From an uncultured Bacilli bacterium (GTDB lineage Bacteria; Bacillota_I; Bacilli_A; RF39; UBA660), in the NCBI GenBank assembly GCA_944373145.1, contig CALWAL010000001.1:64105-128104 (forward strand): a DNA stretch of 64,000 nt, in the 5' to 3' direction. Of this stretch, positions 1-9,976 are shown piece by piece. The notes under the pieces were generated by a model. The model was not told where the DNA came from. It was given only the letters and a program-made list of their open reading frames with translations, and did no database searches. The first letter of the stretch is position 1; every line of letters starts with the position of its first letter. Both the position numbers and the translations under genes were made by a program.

Positions 1-759
1 TCCCCATAAACATAAGCTACAGCTCCACCATCGTTAGTTGCAGCATGATTAATATTAGTGTCATTTAAAAGAGTACTAGCATCTTCGTTATTATAAATTA
101 AACCATATTTATTACTATAATGATTTTTGATTGTTGAATTATCAACAATTAATTCACCATTATTATATATAACCCAAGCAGTTGCTTCAGCACCTAATTT
201 TGCACTAAAAAATTTATTTAGACTTGTTGAAATTTGAGCAATTTCAAAAGATTCTTCATCAAAATTCCATTCATTTCCTAAATCTAATGTTAAATTTTTT
301 AAAGTTAATTTAGATTGATTATCAACATAAAACAAACGTCCTGTAAACCAAGCATTGTAAGAATCTTTTCCTCTAATTAAGCTAAATTTAGACTGGCCGT
401 CGATAATAACATTCTTATTACCTGTAATTTTTACTTCCTCACTGATTTTCACATTTCGCAATAACTTAATTGTATATTCTTTCCCTTCTGGCAAAGATTC
501 CACCGCGCTTGCTAAATCAGTATAATAGTATATTTTTCCATCAACATTAACTGATACTTTTGCTAAAGTTGCACTAATAATATTAGAAGTTGAACTTTTC
601 ATCACATTTTTATACACTTCATTACCAAACAAAGTATTACTAATCGAAGTGCTTCCAGACTCTACAATACTTCCGTATTTAAAAGAAGAAACAGATGAAA
701 GATAAGCAAACATAAATCCACAAATAATAGAATAAAAAGCTATTTTATTATGATTCATA
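1..759 (-). CDS. Partial CDS: N-terminal signal/TM segment (MNHNKIAFYSIICGFMFAYLSS) followed by a Ser/Thr/Asn-rich extracellular region, possibly a beta-helix surface protein. It continues beyond the window start.
   Basis: Own translation of the minus strand from ATG at 757-759. An in-frame stop lies upstream at 781-783 and a GGTGA RBS about 14 nt upstream. The ORF is absent from the track because it runs off the window edge. Confidence 0.45.
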
Positions 760-1076
760 TGTTTCAAAATATTCACCATATCACTTCCTATCATATATTA
801 TACTAATACAATTTTACTTTTTTTATCGATTTTTGTCAATTATCTCAAAGAACACAAAAAAACAATTATCATATAATAAAACAGGTGGTTTTATGCATTG
901 GTGGCGGAAACGTGGTTGTTGGTATATTGGTCTTTTAATATTTTCCATTTTATTATTTTATCAAATAATAATTACCTTCATTTTTCTAACTAGATTTAAC
1001 TTATTCCTTTTATTTTTATTTTGTATTTTTATTTTTTGTTCATTCTTTCGGATATTTTGGTGAAAAAAAAGCAAGT

Positions 1077-1940
1077 TTAACTTGCTTTTTGCATGCACTC
1101 AATAAATGTCCCTGTTTTGTCTATATATTCTAATTGTCTGTTAACCACTATAGTATTATGGTATTCATCGTCATTTAATTCAATCTTATTAGGAATACTA
1201 ATCAAAATATAAAAAAGCTCCAATTCATTGTTCTTTAATGGATATTTATTATGATAACTTTTCATTATTTCTTCCCAAACAAAATCGCAATAAGTCTCTT
1301 TATACAAATGATAAATATCAAATACTGGCGAAGAAAATTTAGCTTGATTCCAACTAATTAGTTTATTATTTATATAATGATTTAAAGATAAATTATTATG
1401 AATAATTGATTGCCGCATTTTTGTATTATTTTTATTTTCTTCATACCATTTCTTCAAATGATATTCACAGTAACTAATCGCATTATATATTTGTGTAATA
1501 TGTCGAGCTAAAAAATAAGAACTAGGACTCATAAATATTTCACTCTCAATTGTATCCATTAAATTATCATAATAATTTTTAACATCAGCAATTTCACTTA
1601 ATAAAGTTTCATAAATATCTTGAAAATCATATTCATTAACACTTTTATAATAAGTCGTTTTAGCATGTAATAAGGAAACTAGAGAAACTAAATCTAAAAT
1701 TTTTTCTTCATCTGGTCTTTTTATCTCTTCTTCAAAAGAAGCTATTTCATAGCCATCTTTAACGACTGTATTAGGATAATAATCAAAATTACGTTGATTT
1801 AAATACTCATAAATAGGATGGTCATTTTTTTTAACAACATATTTATGTTCACCATCACAAACAATATAGACTTTGCCTTCTTTTTGATATTTTTGGGGCT
1901 TAATATTTAATTTTCTTAATAAATCATTTATTTTTTTCAT
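1077..1940 (-). CDS. Hypothetical protein, possibly a CotS/YutH-like kinase-fold spore-coat protein.
   Basis: 287-aa ORF. It has a degenerate HxxLxxxN segment (IHNNLSLNH) reminiscent of APH/CotS-family catalytic loops. It overlaps the upstream LysM gene by 17 nt, which suggests an operon. Confidence 0.3.
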   Translation of the reverse strand: MKKINDLLRKLNIKPQKYQKEGKVYIVCDGEHKYVVKKNDHPIYEYLNQRNFDYYPNTVVKDGYEIASFEEEIKRPDEEKILDLVSLVSLLHAKTTYYKSVNEYDFQDIYETLLSEIADVKNYYDNLMDTIESEIFMSPSSYFLARHITQIYNAISYCEYHLKKWYEENKNNTKMRQSIIHNNLSLNHYINNKLISWNQAKFSSPVFDIYHLYKETYCDFVWEEIMKSYHNKYPLKNNELELFYILISIPNKIELNDDEYHNTIVVNRQLEYIDKTGTFIECMQKAS

Positions 1941-2532
1941 TTGGAATTATTAATTTATCACCAATATTCAATTCATTAATAACATTATACTTACTTAATT
2001 CATCTAAACTCAATCCATATTTGTCAAGTATTGATTCAATCGTATCCCCTTCTCTTACAATGTAAACCCTATATGTCATATAAGCTTCCGCATAATCTTC
2101 TTTAAAAATAACTTTTTCACGTTCTTCACTTTTATCTTCTAAAATATCCTCTTTAGTTGTTTCCACGATTTCTGCCTCCCTTATATCTTCTTCTACTACC
2201 TCTTCATTTATCAGCTTTTTAACTTTTAAATCATCAACTAATATATCGATTGAAAGAGCTAATTTATTTGGTTCTACTATCTCATAATAGAAATCGTCTA
2301 CTTTAATTGTTGAACCATTTGTATCATACTCATCTTCTAAATATCCAAGATATGGAATATCAAAATGAAACGATTCATTGCGTGAGACAGTTAGATATTC
2401 TCCCTCAATAACAAAATTACCTTTAATTTTTAAATTATCAAGTTCTAATTTATCATCTACTGAAATACTAACAATTTCTTCAATGCTGTTATTAAAGGTA
2501 ATCTCTTTTTTAAATGATATAATTTTATGCAT
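1924..2532 (-). CDS. LysM-domain protein with an acidic N-terminal region and a C-terminal LysM.
   Basis: C-terminal YIVREGDTIESILDKYGLSLDELSKYNVINELNIGDKLIIP matches the LysM consensus. Confidence 0.55.
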   Translation of the reverse strand: MHKIISFKKEITFNNSIEEIVSISVDDKLELDNLKIKGNFVIEGEYLTVSRNESFHFDIPYLGYLEDEYDTNGSTIKVDDFYYEIVEPNKLALSIDILVDDLKVKKLINEEVVEEDIREAEIVETTKEDILEDKSEEREKVIFKEDYAEAYMTYRVYIVREGDTIESILDKYGLSLDELSKYNVINELNIGDKLIIPNEKNK

Positions 2533-2626
2533 ATAATCTCTCCTATCACTAAAAGGTATGCAAAAAAAAAGATTCTATGAATCTTTTTAATTTATTAATT
2601 AATACTAACAATTTTTTGCAATTACC

Positions 2627-3403
2627 TTAAGTATTTTTTTCAACTTTTTTCTTAATTTTAGTATGTAATTTCCAAAATTTTTTATCTTTAATTATTGCTT
2701 CATCTTCATCATCTAGCTCAAAAATACAATCATCATCCGGTTTTCCTTGATATTCTTGTAATAACAAATCATTATTTTTCAAAATATATCTTAATCTTGA
2801 TAAATATAATTTATCTCTTAATAGTGTCGGATCTTCTCTCAATAAATGATTAGTTGCTAAAAGATATTCTAGACTTAATACTAAATCTTCACTTATATCA
2901 AAAGCAAACTCTTCATCATCAATCAGTGTAGAATGTAAAAACAAAATTAAATATTCTAATTCAGCTACTGAACTTAAAAGTAATTCTTCCGATTCTGGAT
3001 TAACAGCATACAAAACATGATGGTGTATTCGCTCCATAAAATTTTCAAAATAAGAATTAATCATTGACGGATATAAAGGATACGGAGGTTTTCCTTTTGA
3101 AACATTTAAAAGAGCAATAATTTCATTACAAAGTTCTACCCTTTCAGAATGTGTATCATCAAAACTAAAACGACATAAATTTAAATATTCATAAATATTA
3201 TTATTAGCTTCAAGTGGTAAAGATGTCTCTTGAGTATAGGCTTTAATTAAATCACGTAACATCTTTAGAAGTTCTACTGAAGTATAATCAATACCTAATT
3301 CTTGAGCCATTCGCAATGTTTCTTTTAAATCTTTTGTTACTAAAATAGTTTTTAGAAACTTCATATAAAAAATAGTCGCATCTTTTTCTTTTAATAAATC
3401 CAT
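2627..3403 (-). CDS. Hypothetical protein.
   Basis: 258-aa ORF with no recognisable motif. Operonic with the next gene downstream of lon. Confidence 0.4.
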   Translation of the reverse strand: MDLLKEKDATIFYMKFLKTILVTKDLKETLRMAQELGIDYTSVELLKMLRDLIKAYTQETSLPLEANNNIYEYLNLCRFSFDDTHSERVELCNEIIALLNVSKGKPPYPLYPSMINSYFENFMERIHHHVLYAVNPESEELLLSSVAELEYLILFLHSTLIDDEEFAFDISEDLVLSLEYLLATNHLLREDPTLLRDKLYLSRLRYILKNNDLLLQEYQGKPDDDCIFELDDEDEAIIKDKKFWKLHTKIKKKVEKNT

Positions 3404-3405
3404 AA

Positions 3406-4137
3406 TTATCCTTTTATTTTCAGATATAATTTTTTATCTTCACGCTTAAATCTTATTTGGCCAAGATAAGTATTTTCATGTGTTAAAGTAAATCTCTTTA
3501 AAGGATTACGATATTTTTTATGCACTGATTCCTTTGCTTCTAATGTTTCTAAAACTCTGTTTTTAAAACTTTCACTTTGCAATATTGACGGATATTTAGT
3601 TGTCAAATATCTAACACTTTCTGCAAATTGTGGCGAAGCTATAAATGGTAATTGACGCTTCTTATATTCTTCATCTGATAACTTGCTATATGTATATAAA
3701 ACACCCAAATCACTAGCTATACTACTTCTAATATCATCAGCCATCAATAAAAGTCTTTCATCAGAATAAAATTTTTTATTGTTTCTTCTTAAAGCTAGTT
3801 CTTGACGATAAAACTGAATGATATTTTTATCTAAGTCTTCTTCATTTAGCATTCTAATAATATCAGGATAAAATTCGTAATGAGCATCTAAACTATAAAA
3901 TGATAAGCCAAATCTATTAATAGAATTGGCATATATATAAATATTACTTTTACTATCTCTAGAAAGATATCCTTTATTTCCATATTCTAGAAAATGCATA
4001 CAAATGTCATTTAGCAAATCTGGTAAAACATCTTCAAAAGTTTTAAATATCTCTTCTAATAGACCTAATAATTCATTAATATTTTTCGTAAACATAATAG
4101 CACGTGCAATAGCCTCACTATAATAATTTTCTTTCAT
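3406..4137 (-). CDS. Hypothetical protein.
   Basis: 243-aa ORF immediately after the lon stop (start overlaps at 4137). Confidence 0.4.
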   Translation of the reverse strand: MKENYYSEAIARAIMFTKNINELLGLLEEIFKTFEDVLPDLLNDICMHFLEYGNKGYLSRDSKSNIYIYANSINRFGLSFYSLDAHYEFYPDIIRMLNEEDLDKNIIQFYRQELALRRNNKKFYSDERLLLMADDIRSSIASDLGVLYTYSKLSDEEYKKRQLPFIASPQFAESVRYLTTKYPSILQSESFKNRVLETLEAKESVHKKYRNPLKRFTLTHENTYLGQIRFKREDKKLYLKIKG

Positions 4138-6455
4138 TAATTTGTTGTTTCCTTTCTAATTTCATTAAAAATTTCCATATAATTATTTACAGGGATAAAT
4201 TTTAAATTAGCCGTTATATCTTTTGATAATTCCTCAACATCTCTTAAATTATCATAAGGTATAAAAATTTTTTGTATATTATTTCTAATAGCACCTAAAC
4301 ATTTTTCGCGTAATCCACCAACCGGTAAAATATTACCTCTTAAAGTGATTTCGCCCGTCATAGCAATATGATTATCCATTTTAATATTGGCAAAGGCACT
4401 AATAATTGATGTTACTAATGTAACACCAGCACTAGGTCCATCTTTTACAACTGCACCAGCAGGAATATGAATATGTATGTCATTCTCACATAATAAACGA
4501 TAATCAATATTAAATTTATCACAATTAGATTTAATGTAGCTAAGTGCTAAAGTAGCACTTTCCTTCATCACATTGCCCAAAGATCCAGTTAAAATTAATT
4601 TCCCCGTTCCTTTATAATAATTAACTTCTATTGGTAATACTTCTCCACCATAAGGCGTGTAAGAAAGAGCACTAACAACACCAACTTGATATTCATTAAT
4701 ATTACTTAAAGAAACAAAACGTTTTTTTCCTAAATATTTTTCTAAATTATCTACACTTAATACGGGTTTAAATTTCTTCTTTGTTGTTACCAATTCAGTT
4801 ACAATTTTACGAATTACTTTTGCCAATTGACGTTCTAATTCACGAACCCCAGATTCTTTTGTATAATATTTAACAATATCTAAAATAACTTTATCATAAA
4901 CTTTTAGATATTCTAAACCATGACTTTTACACAACTTGGGAATTAAATATTTTTTAGCAATATCTTGCTTTTCATATTCTGTATATCCTTCAATTTCAAT
5001 TATTTCTAAACGATCTAGTAAAGGAATTGGAATTGTATCAGTTGAATTAGCTGTTAAAATAAAAAGGACATTGGACAAATCATATTCAAGTTCTAGATAG
5101 TTATCACGAAATGTTTTATTCTGTTCAATATCTAATACTTCCAATAATGCACTTGTTGGATCACCTTTAACACCTTTAGTTAATTTATCAACTTCATCAA
5201 TCAAAAAAACAGGATTATTGCTATTAGCTTTCTGCATACCTTCAATAATTCGGCCAGGACTAGCTCCTAAATAAGACTTACGGTGACCAACAATTTCAGC
5301 TTCGTCATCTACTCCGCCAACCGATATTTTTACAAAATTACGTTTAATACTTTTAGCAATACTATAAGCTAAAGTTGTTTTACCAGTTCCTGGCGGTCCT
5401 ACTAAACAGATAATTGGCGAATTCAAAGATTTACTATGGTTTTTAACAGCTAAATATTCAATAATTCGTTCTTTAACGCTATCTAAGCCATAATGCGAAC
5501 AATCTAAATTATATTTTACTCTTTTTAAATCAACAACATCTTTAGTAGTCTTATTCCACGGTAAGCTTAATAAAGTGTCAATATAATTACGTACTAATCC
5601 AACCTCCGGAGAAGATGGTGGTAAAATTTCGTAACGATTAATCTCTAAATTAATTCTATTTTTGACATGTTCAGAACAAATAAGTTCAGATAACCTAATA
5701 CGTAATTTTTCAATTTCTTCATCATGAAGACTAATATCACCTATTTCTTCACGCATCACTTTAATTTTTTCACGTAATATATAATTTTTTTGATTTTCTT
5801 CCAAAACATCTTTAACTTTAGCATCTAATCTTTTTTCTATTTCATATAAAGCTTCTTCTTGGTAAATATCTTCCAAAATCATTTCCGTTCGTTTCATTAC
5901 CTTTGAACATTCTAAATATTCTCTTTTACGCTCAATTGTTAATGGCAAATTGTTTACAATAATATCTGTCATAGCACTCACCGTCGAAGCACTATCAATT
6001 TGAGCAATAACACTATTGCTAATCGTTGGAATTAGTTTAATATATTGATCTAATTCTTTTCTTAATTTTCTTATAATCGCAATATTTAACTCTGATTCAA
6101 TTAAATCATCTTGAATCATTTCAATATTACCAAAAACAATACTAGAAAAAGGCGTCATATATTCAGCACTAATTGCTCTAATAATTCCTCTTAAAAGAAC
6201 ACGAGTCTTCCCGTTAGGTAATTCTAATTTGCTTTCAATTTGCGCTAAAACCCCGATTGAAGGAATATCAATGAGTTCAGGTGTTTCTTCCAGCGCATCT
6301 TTCTGAGTTACAACAAATATTTTTCCATTTTCTTGTTGTTGCGCAACTTCGATAATCTCTTTATCAAAATAGCTATCAACTTCTAATCTTAAGTCGTTTT
6401 TTGGAAGTAGAATTAATCCTTTTAAAACAAGTACTGGTAACTTATATCTTTGCAT
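4137..6455 (-). CDS. lon: ATP-dependent Lon protease (LonA).
   Basis: LON N-domain. Walker A GPPGTGKTT. Catalytic-serine region PKDGPSAG in the C-terminal protease domain. 772 aa. Confidence 0.93.
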   Translation of the reverse strand: MQRYKLPVLVLKGLILLPKNDLRLEVDSYFDKEIIEVAQQQENGKIFVVTQKDALEETPELIDIPSIGVLAQIESKLELPNGKTRVLLRGIIRAISAEYMTPFSSIVFGNIEMIQDDLIESELNIAIIRKLRKELDQYIKLIPTISNSVIAQIDSASTVSAMTDIIVNNLPLTIERKREYLECSKVMKRTEMILEDIYQEEALYEIEKRLDAKVKDVLEENQKNYILREKIKVMREEIGDISLHDEEIEKLRIRLSELICSEHVKNRINLEINRYEILPPSSPEVGLVRNYIDTLLSLPWNKTTKDVVDLKRVKYNLDCSHYGLDSVKERIIEYLAVKNHSKSLNSPIICLVGPPGTGKTTLAYSIAKSIKRNFVKISVGGVDDEAEIVGHRKSYLGASPGRIIEGMQKANSNNPVFLIDEVDKLTKGVKGDPTSALLEVLDIEQNKTFRDNYLELEYDLSNVLFILTANSTDTIPIPLLDRLEIIEIEGYTEYEKQDIAKKYLIPKLCKSHGLEYLKVYDKVILDIVKYYTKESGVRELERQLAKVIRKIVTELVTTKKKFKPVLSVDNLEKYLGKKRFVSLSNINEYQVGVVSALSYTPYGGEVLPIEVNYYKGTGKLILTGSLGNVMKESATLALSYIKSNCDKFNIDYRLLCENDIHIHIPAGAVVKDGPSAGVTLVTSIISAFANIKMDNHIAMTGEITLRGNILPVGGLREKCLGAIRNNIQKIFIPYDNLRDVEELSKDITANLKFIPVNNYMEIFNEIRKETTN

Positions 6456-6523
6456 TAACCCACCTCCGACATATTGATGTTTATTATATTACAAAAAAAT
6501 ATGTTTGTAAATAAAAAAAGGAT

Positions 6524-7144
6524 TTATTTTATCCTTTGAAATTTACAATATTTTTTTAAAGAACATTCATCACAATTAGGCTTTTTAGCTTTACAATGAT
6601 AACGACCAAATAAGACTAATTGATGATGCAGTCGCGCCAAAGAATAGCCTTTAAATTTTTTAGTTAATTTTTTTTCAATCGTTAAAACATCATCGTCTGC
6701 TTTGGCCAAGCCTAACCGCGCGCTAACTCTGCTAACATGTGTATCAACGGCAATACAATTCTCCCCATATAAGTTTGATAAAACAACATTAGCCGTTTTA
6801 TGACCAACACCGTTTAATGATTCCAAATATTTACGGTCATTAGGAACAATTCCTTTTTGTTTTTTTACCAACGAGTTAGCTATCTTCAGTAAATTATTAG
6901 CTTTAACGTTATATGTACCAATAGGTTTAATGATTTCAATAATATCTTCTTTTTTTGCAAGAGCCAAAGCATCAATAGTTGGATATTTATTAAATAAAAT
7001 ACTAGTTACCTCGTTTACTCTTTTATCAGTAGTTTGAGCACTTAACATAACAGCTATTAATAATTCATAATCATGATTATAATTAAGTTCACATTGAGCA
7101 TTAGGATATAATTCATCTAAATAATCAATTATCTTCTGTATCAT
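6524..7144 (-). CDS. nth: Endonuclease III (DNA glycosylase/AP lyase).
   Basis: HhH-GPD region (LNGVGHKTANVVL). C-terminal 4Fe-4S cysteine cluster CKAKKPNCDECSLKKYC. Directly downstream of dnaD, as in B. subtilis. Confidence 0.88.
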   Translation of the reverse strand: MIQKIIDYLDELYPNAQCELNYNHDYELLIAVMLSAQTTDKRVNEVTSILFNKYPTIDALALAKKEDIIEIIKPIGTYNVKANNLLKIANSLVKKQKGIVPNDRKYLESLNGVGHKTANVVLSNLYGENCIAVDTHVSRVSARLGLAKADDDVLTIEKKLTKKFKGYSLARLHHQLVLFGRYHCKAKKPNCDECSLKKYCKFQRIK

Positions 7145-7766
7145 TTAACCAGTCGTAATCAAATAATTCTTTATTTTCCTTATTGCGTTTAAAAGATTTG
7201 CGATTACGCTCCACATCTTCTTTATTTTTTATTCCTTTTTTAGCCCATTCAAAAATAATACGATCAATATATCTAAAATTACTAACTCCATTATAAACCG
7301 CTTCTTTAAGTGCTAAAAGAATTAGTTCTTCACTATAACCATTATCTAACCAACTATTAATAATTTCATATTCTGTTGGTGATAAACCTCTTCCTAATTC
7401 TTTTGAGTAAGAATCAAAAATATTTGATTCTTTATTATTTGTATCTTTTTTCATAATTAAAAAAGCCAATTTTTCATACATTAAATCTAAATTAATAACT
7501 TCATTGCGAATATTATTAACCTTAATGATTTCTATACTTAAAATACCTTTTTCAACTAAATTATTAATAACTTCTAAAACTTTCTTGACATCAATATTTA
7601 AATCGTTACTAATTTTTTTAGGATTATAATTAGTATCATTATCATTTAAAATATATATAATAACAATTAATTCTAATTCATTAACATCTAATTTTTGATA
7701 ATTAAATAGTAAAATTTGCGGTATTTGATAGCATTTTGTTTTTAACACTTCTAAGATTTGATTCAC
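7125..7766 (-). CDS. dnaD: DnaD-domain replication initiation/primosome protein.
   Basis: C-terminal DnaD-type domain (YIDRIIFEWAKKGIKNKEDVE). The dnaD-nth adjacency is conserved in Bacilli. Confidence 0.65.
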   Translation of the reverse strand: MNQILEVLKTKCYQIPQILLFNYQKLDVNELELIVIIYILNDNDTNYNPKKISNDLNIDVKKVLEVINNLVEKGILSIEIIKVNNIRNEVINLDLMYEKLAFLIMKKDTNNKESNIFDSYSKELGRGLSPTEYEIINSWLDNGYSEELILLALKEAVYNGVSNFRYIDRIIFEWAKKGIKNKEDVERNRKSFKRNKENKELFDYDWLNDTEDN

Positions 7767-7828
7767 ATAACCACCTCGTTATTACTATTATACCTTATTT
7801 TAAACAATTAAAAAAGGCTTGATGCCTT

Positions 7829-8572
7829 TTAATATTTTTGCCCACAATTTTGACAAAATTCATCTGTTGGATTTTTCTTTGGTTGGCCACAATTCTTACA
7901 TACAACGGCAACTTGAGCTACAGGCGTTACTGGCGTAACTGGTGATACTGTTGGCACTGGTTGTACTGGTGTAACTTGTTGTACTGGTGTTACTGGAGCT
8001 TGTGGTTGAGCTGAAGTTACTGGTACAACTGGTGTTACTGGTTTAGATGGAACTAGTTTTTTTAATTCGTCCATATTTTCCATAACATATAACACAATTA
8101 AAGCTATTCCACCTAAAAGCATTAACCAAAAACCAAAAGATAATCCTTCAAAACTAAAGTCTTGAGCTGCAAGAAGTGTAAGTGGATACCAAAAACCAAT
8201 TCCAGCCGCTAATAACGAAAAACTTTTAGCCTTATTAAAGAAATATGTTAAAGCAGCAATTACACCAAAAAGTGCTAAAAGAATTGCCGAAAACTTACCA
8301 CTTTCCCAAACACTAACTGATTCAGTGATTCCAAAAAACGAAATAGAATAATATGGGATAAATACTGCAAGAGCTATTAAAGCACCTGCTCCTACTCCTA
8401 CCCACTTCATAATTTCCTTTTTATCCATTGGCTTTTTTGGAGTAACTGGCATAACGGGTGTCATTGGTGCAACAGGCGTAGCTGGAGCTACAGGCATAAC
8501 AGGAGCTACAGGTGTTACTGTTTGTTGTGGAATTCCACTTGGCACTTGATTATTAAAATTATTTTCGTTCAT
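7829..8572 (-). CDS. Pro/Val/Thr-rich membrane protein with a C-terminal double CxxC zinc ribbon.
   Basis: PVxPV repeats at both ends. Several TM helices in the middle. C-terminal CKNCGQ...CQNCGQ. Confidence 0.5.
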   Translation of the reverse strand: MNENNFNNQVPSGIPQQTVTPVAPVMPVAPATPVAPMTPVMPVTPKKPMDKKEIMKWVGVGAGALIALAVFIPYYSISFFGITESVSVWESGKFSAILLALFGVIAALTYFFNKAKSFSLLAAGIGFWYPLTLLAAQDFSFEGLSFGFWLMLLGGIALIVLYVMENMDELKKLVPSKPVTPVVPVTSAQPQAPVTPVQQVTPVQPVPTVSPVTPVTPVAQVAVVCKNCGQPKKNPTDEFCQNCGQKY

Positions 8573-8621
8573 ATTACCTTCCTCTACTTTCTTTTATAAG
8601 ATGATTATATCATATAAAATA

Positions 8622-9689
8622 TTATTTATCAATATCATAATTACTTAGTTTTCTTAGATAAAAAAGAATATTTTCACGTTTGTTAACCAATTTTCGATTC
8701 AAAATTTGTAGCTCTAAATTTTTATAAATAATACTTGGAAAAATTGATGTATTATTAATAATATCAGCATATGTAATATCAATATCACTTCTAGTTTTAA
8801 TTGGTAATTGCTGATATCTTTCTTCAATATGAAAATCCTTGTTTAAAATATCAGAGACTACTTTTAAGATTTGTAAATCATAGCGGTACAAATCATAATC
8901 TGTAATATTTTTTTTTGCTATAAATTTTTTTATTATCTTTATAATGTTAATTTCTATTTTACTAAATCTATATTTATTAGAATATTTTATTTGAGCCCAA
9001 ATGCCTAGATTATTAGATACTTCAACTACATTATTTAATTCAATCTCTAAAAAAGATAACAGATTATATTTTTTTAATAAATATATGCCACGGCTATTAA
9101 ATATTTTATCTAATTCTTGTTTTTTTCTAAAAAAAGATAACTTTTTAATTAGTGAAGCATTTGAAATTATTGCTTTCTCCAATTCATAATCGATTTTAAA
9201 ATTTAACACACTAGCAAACCTGATTGCCCGTAAAATTCGTAAAGGGTCTTCTTTTAATTTCTGATAAGGATCTCCTATTAATTTAAGTAATTTATTTTTT
9301 AAGTCACATTGACCATCTAATAAATCAACGTATTCTCCATCGCAATTAAGGCAAATTGCATTTATAGTAAAATCACGACGCATTAAATCTTCCAATAAGT
9401 TATCAGTATAGCCAATAAGTGGTGTTCTAACACCTTCATATGCAATATCTTTTCTAAAAGTGGTAATTTCTAACCTTAAATTTTTATACAATACAACAAC
9501 AGAGCCATAATTATCATCAAGTTTAACTTTAAAAATCTGCTCTAAATCTTCTTTTTTAGCACTTGTACAAATATCATAATCTTCATTAACAATTCCCAAT
9601 AATAAATCTCGAGGATAGCCACCAACAACATAAGCTTCATAACCATAACTATTAATTAGCTTTAGGGCTTCTTTTAGAATGTCATTCAT
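8622..9689 (-). CDS. cca: CCA-adding tRNA nucleotidyltransferase / poly(A) polymerase family.
   Basis: GGYPRDLLLG...DYDI nucleotidyltransferase motif. Start moved to MNDILK (ATG at 9687-9689), which has an AGGAGG RBS 4 nt upstream. Confidence 0.8.
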   Translation of the reverse strand: MNDILKEALKLINSYGYEAYVVGGYPRDLLLGIVNEDYDICTSAKKEDLEQIFKVKLDDNYGSVVVLYKNLRLEITTFRKDIAYEGVRTPLIGYTDNLLEDLMRRDFTINAICLNCDGEYVDLLDGQCDLKNKLLKLIGDPYQKLKEDPLRILRAIRFASVLNFKIDYELEKAIISNASLIKKLSFFRKKQELDKIFNSRGIYLLKKYNLLSFLEIELNNVVEVSNNLGIWAQIKYSNKYRFSKIEINIIKIIKKFIAKKNITDYDLYRYDLQILKVVSDILNKDFHIEERYQQLPIKTRSDIDITYADIINNTSIFPSIIYKNLELQILNRKLVNKRENILFYLRKLSNYDIDK

Positions 9690-9726
9690 AATACCTCCTA
9701 AAAAAATATGGGAGTTCCCCATATTT

Positions 9727-9975
9727 TTATAAATATTCTGATATAACTTTTGGAAGACTTTCTTTCAAATCTTCATTAAATTTAACAATTAATACTTCTA
9801 ATAAATCTGGGTCAATAACCTCAATTATTTCGTCATTATTATATTCGGCAATAATATAATTTTGAATCTCTTCACGATCTATTAAATAAACATATTTTTT
9901 CTTTTTTTCTTTAACGATTGAAACTACTGTATATTTTTTTCCATCGCTTAAAGTCCATGTAGATCCTTGTTCCAT
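9727..9975 (-). CDS. Small acidic protein, DUF1292-like.
   Basis: YTVVSIV...YVYLIDREE...IIEVIDPDLLE pattern typical of DUF1292. Start chosen at MEQGS, directly after the stop of the upstream gene. Confidence 0.4.
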   Translation of the reverse strand: MEQGSTWTLSDGKKYTVVSIVKEKKKKYVYLIDREEIQNYIIAEYNNDEIIEVIDPDLLEVLIVKFNEDLKESLPKVISEYL

Positions 9976-9976
9976 A

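Noticed and set aside
833-1063. 76-aa + strand ORF (MSIISKNTKK...FRIFW).
   Set aside because: It lies in an AT-rich intergenic region. It is low-complexity and Phe/Ile-rich, has no RBS and no homology signal, so it is probably spurious.
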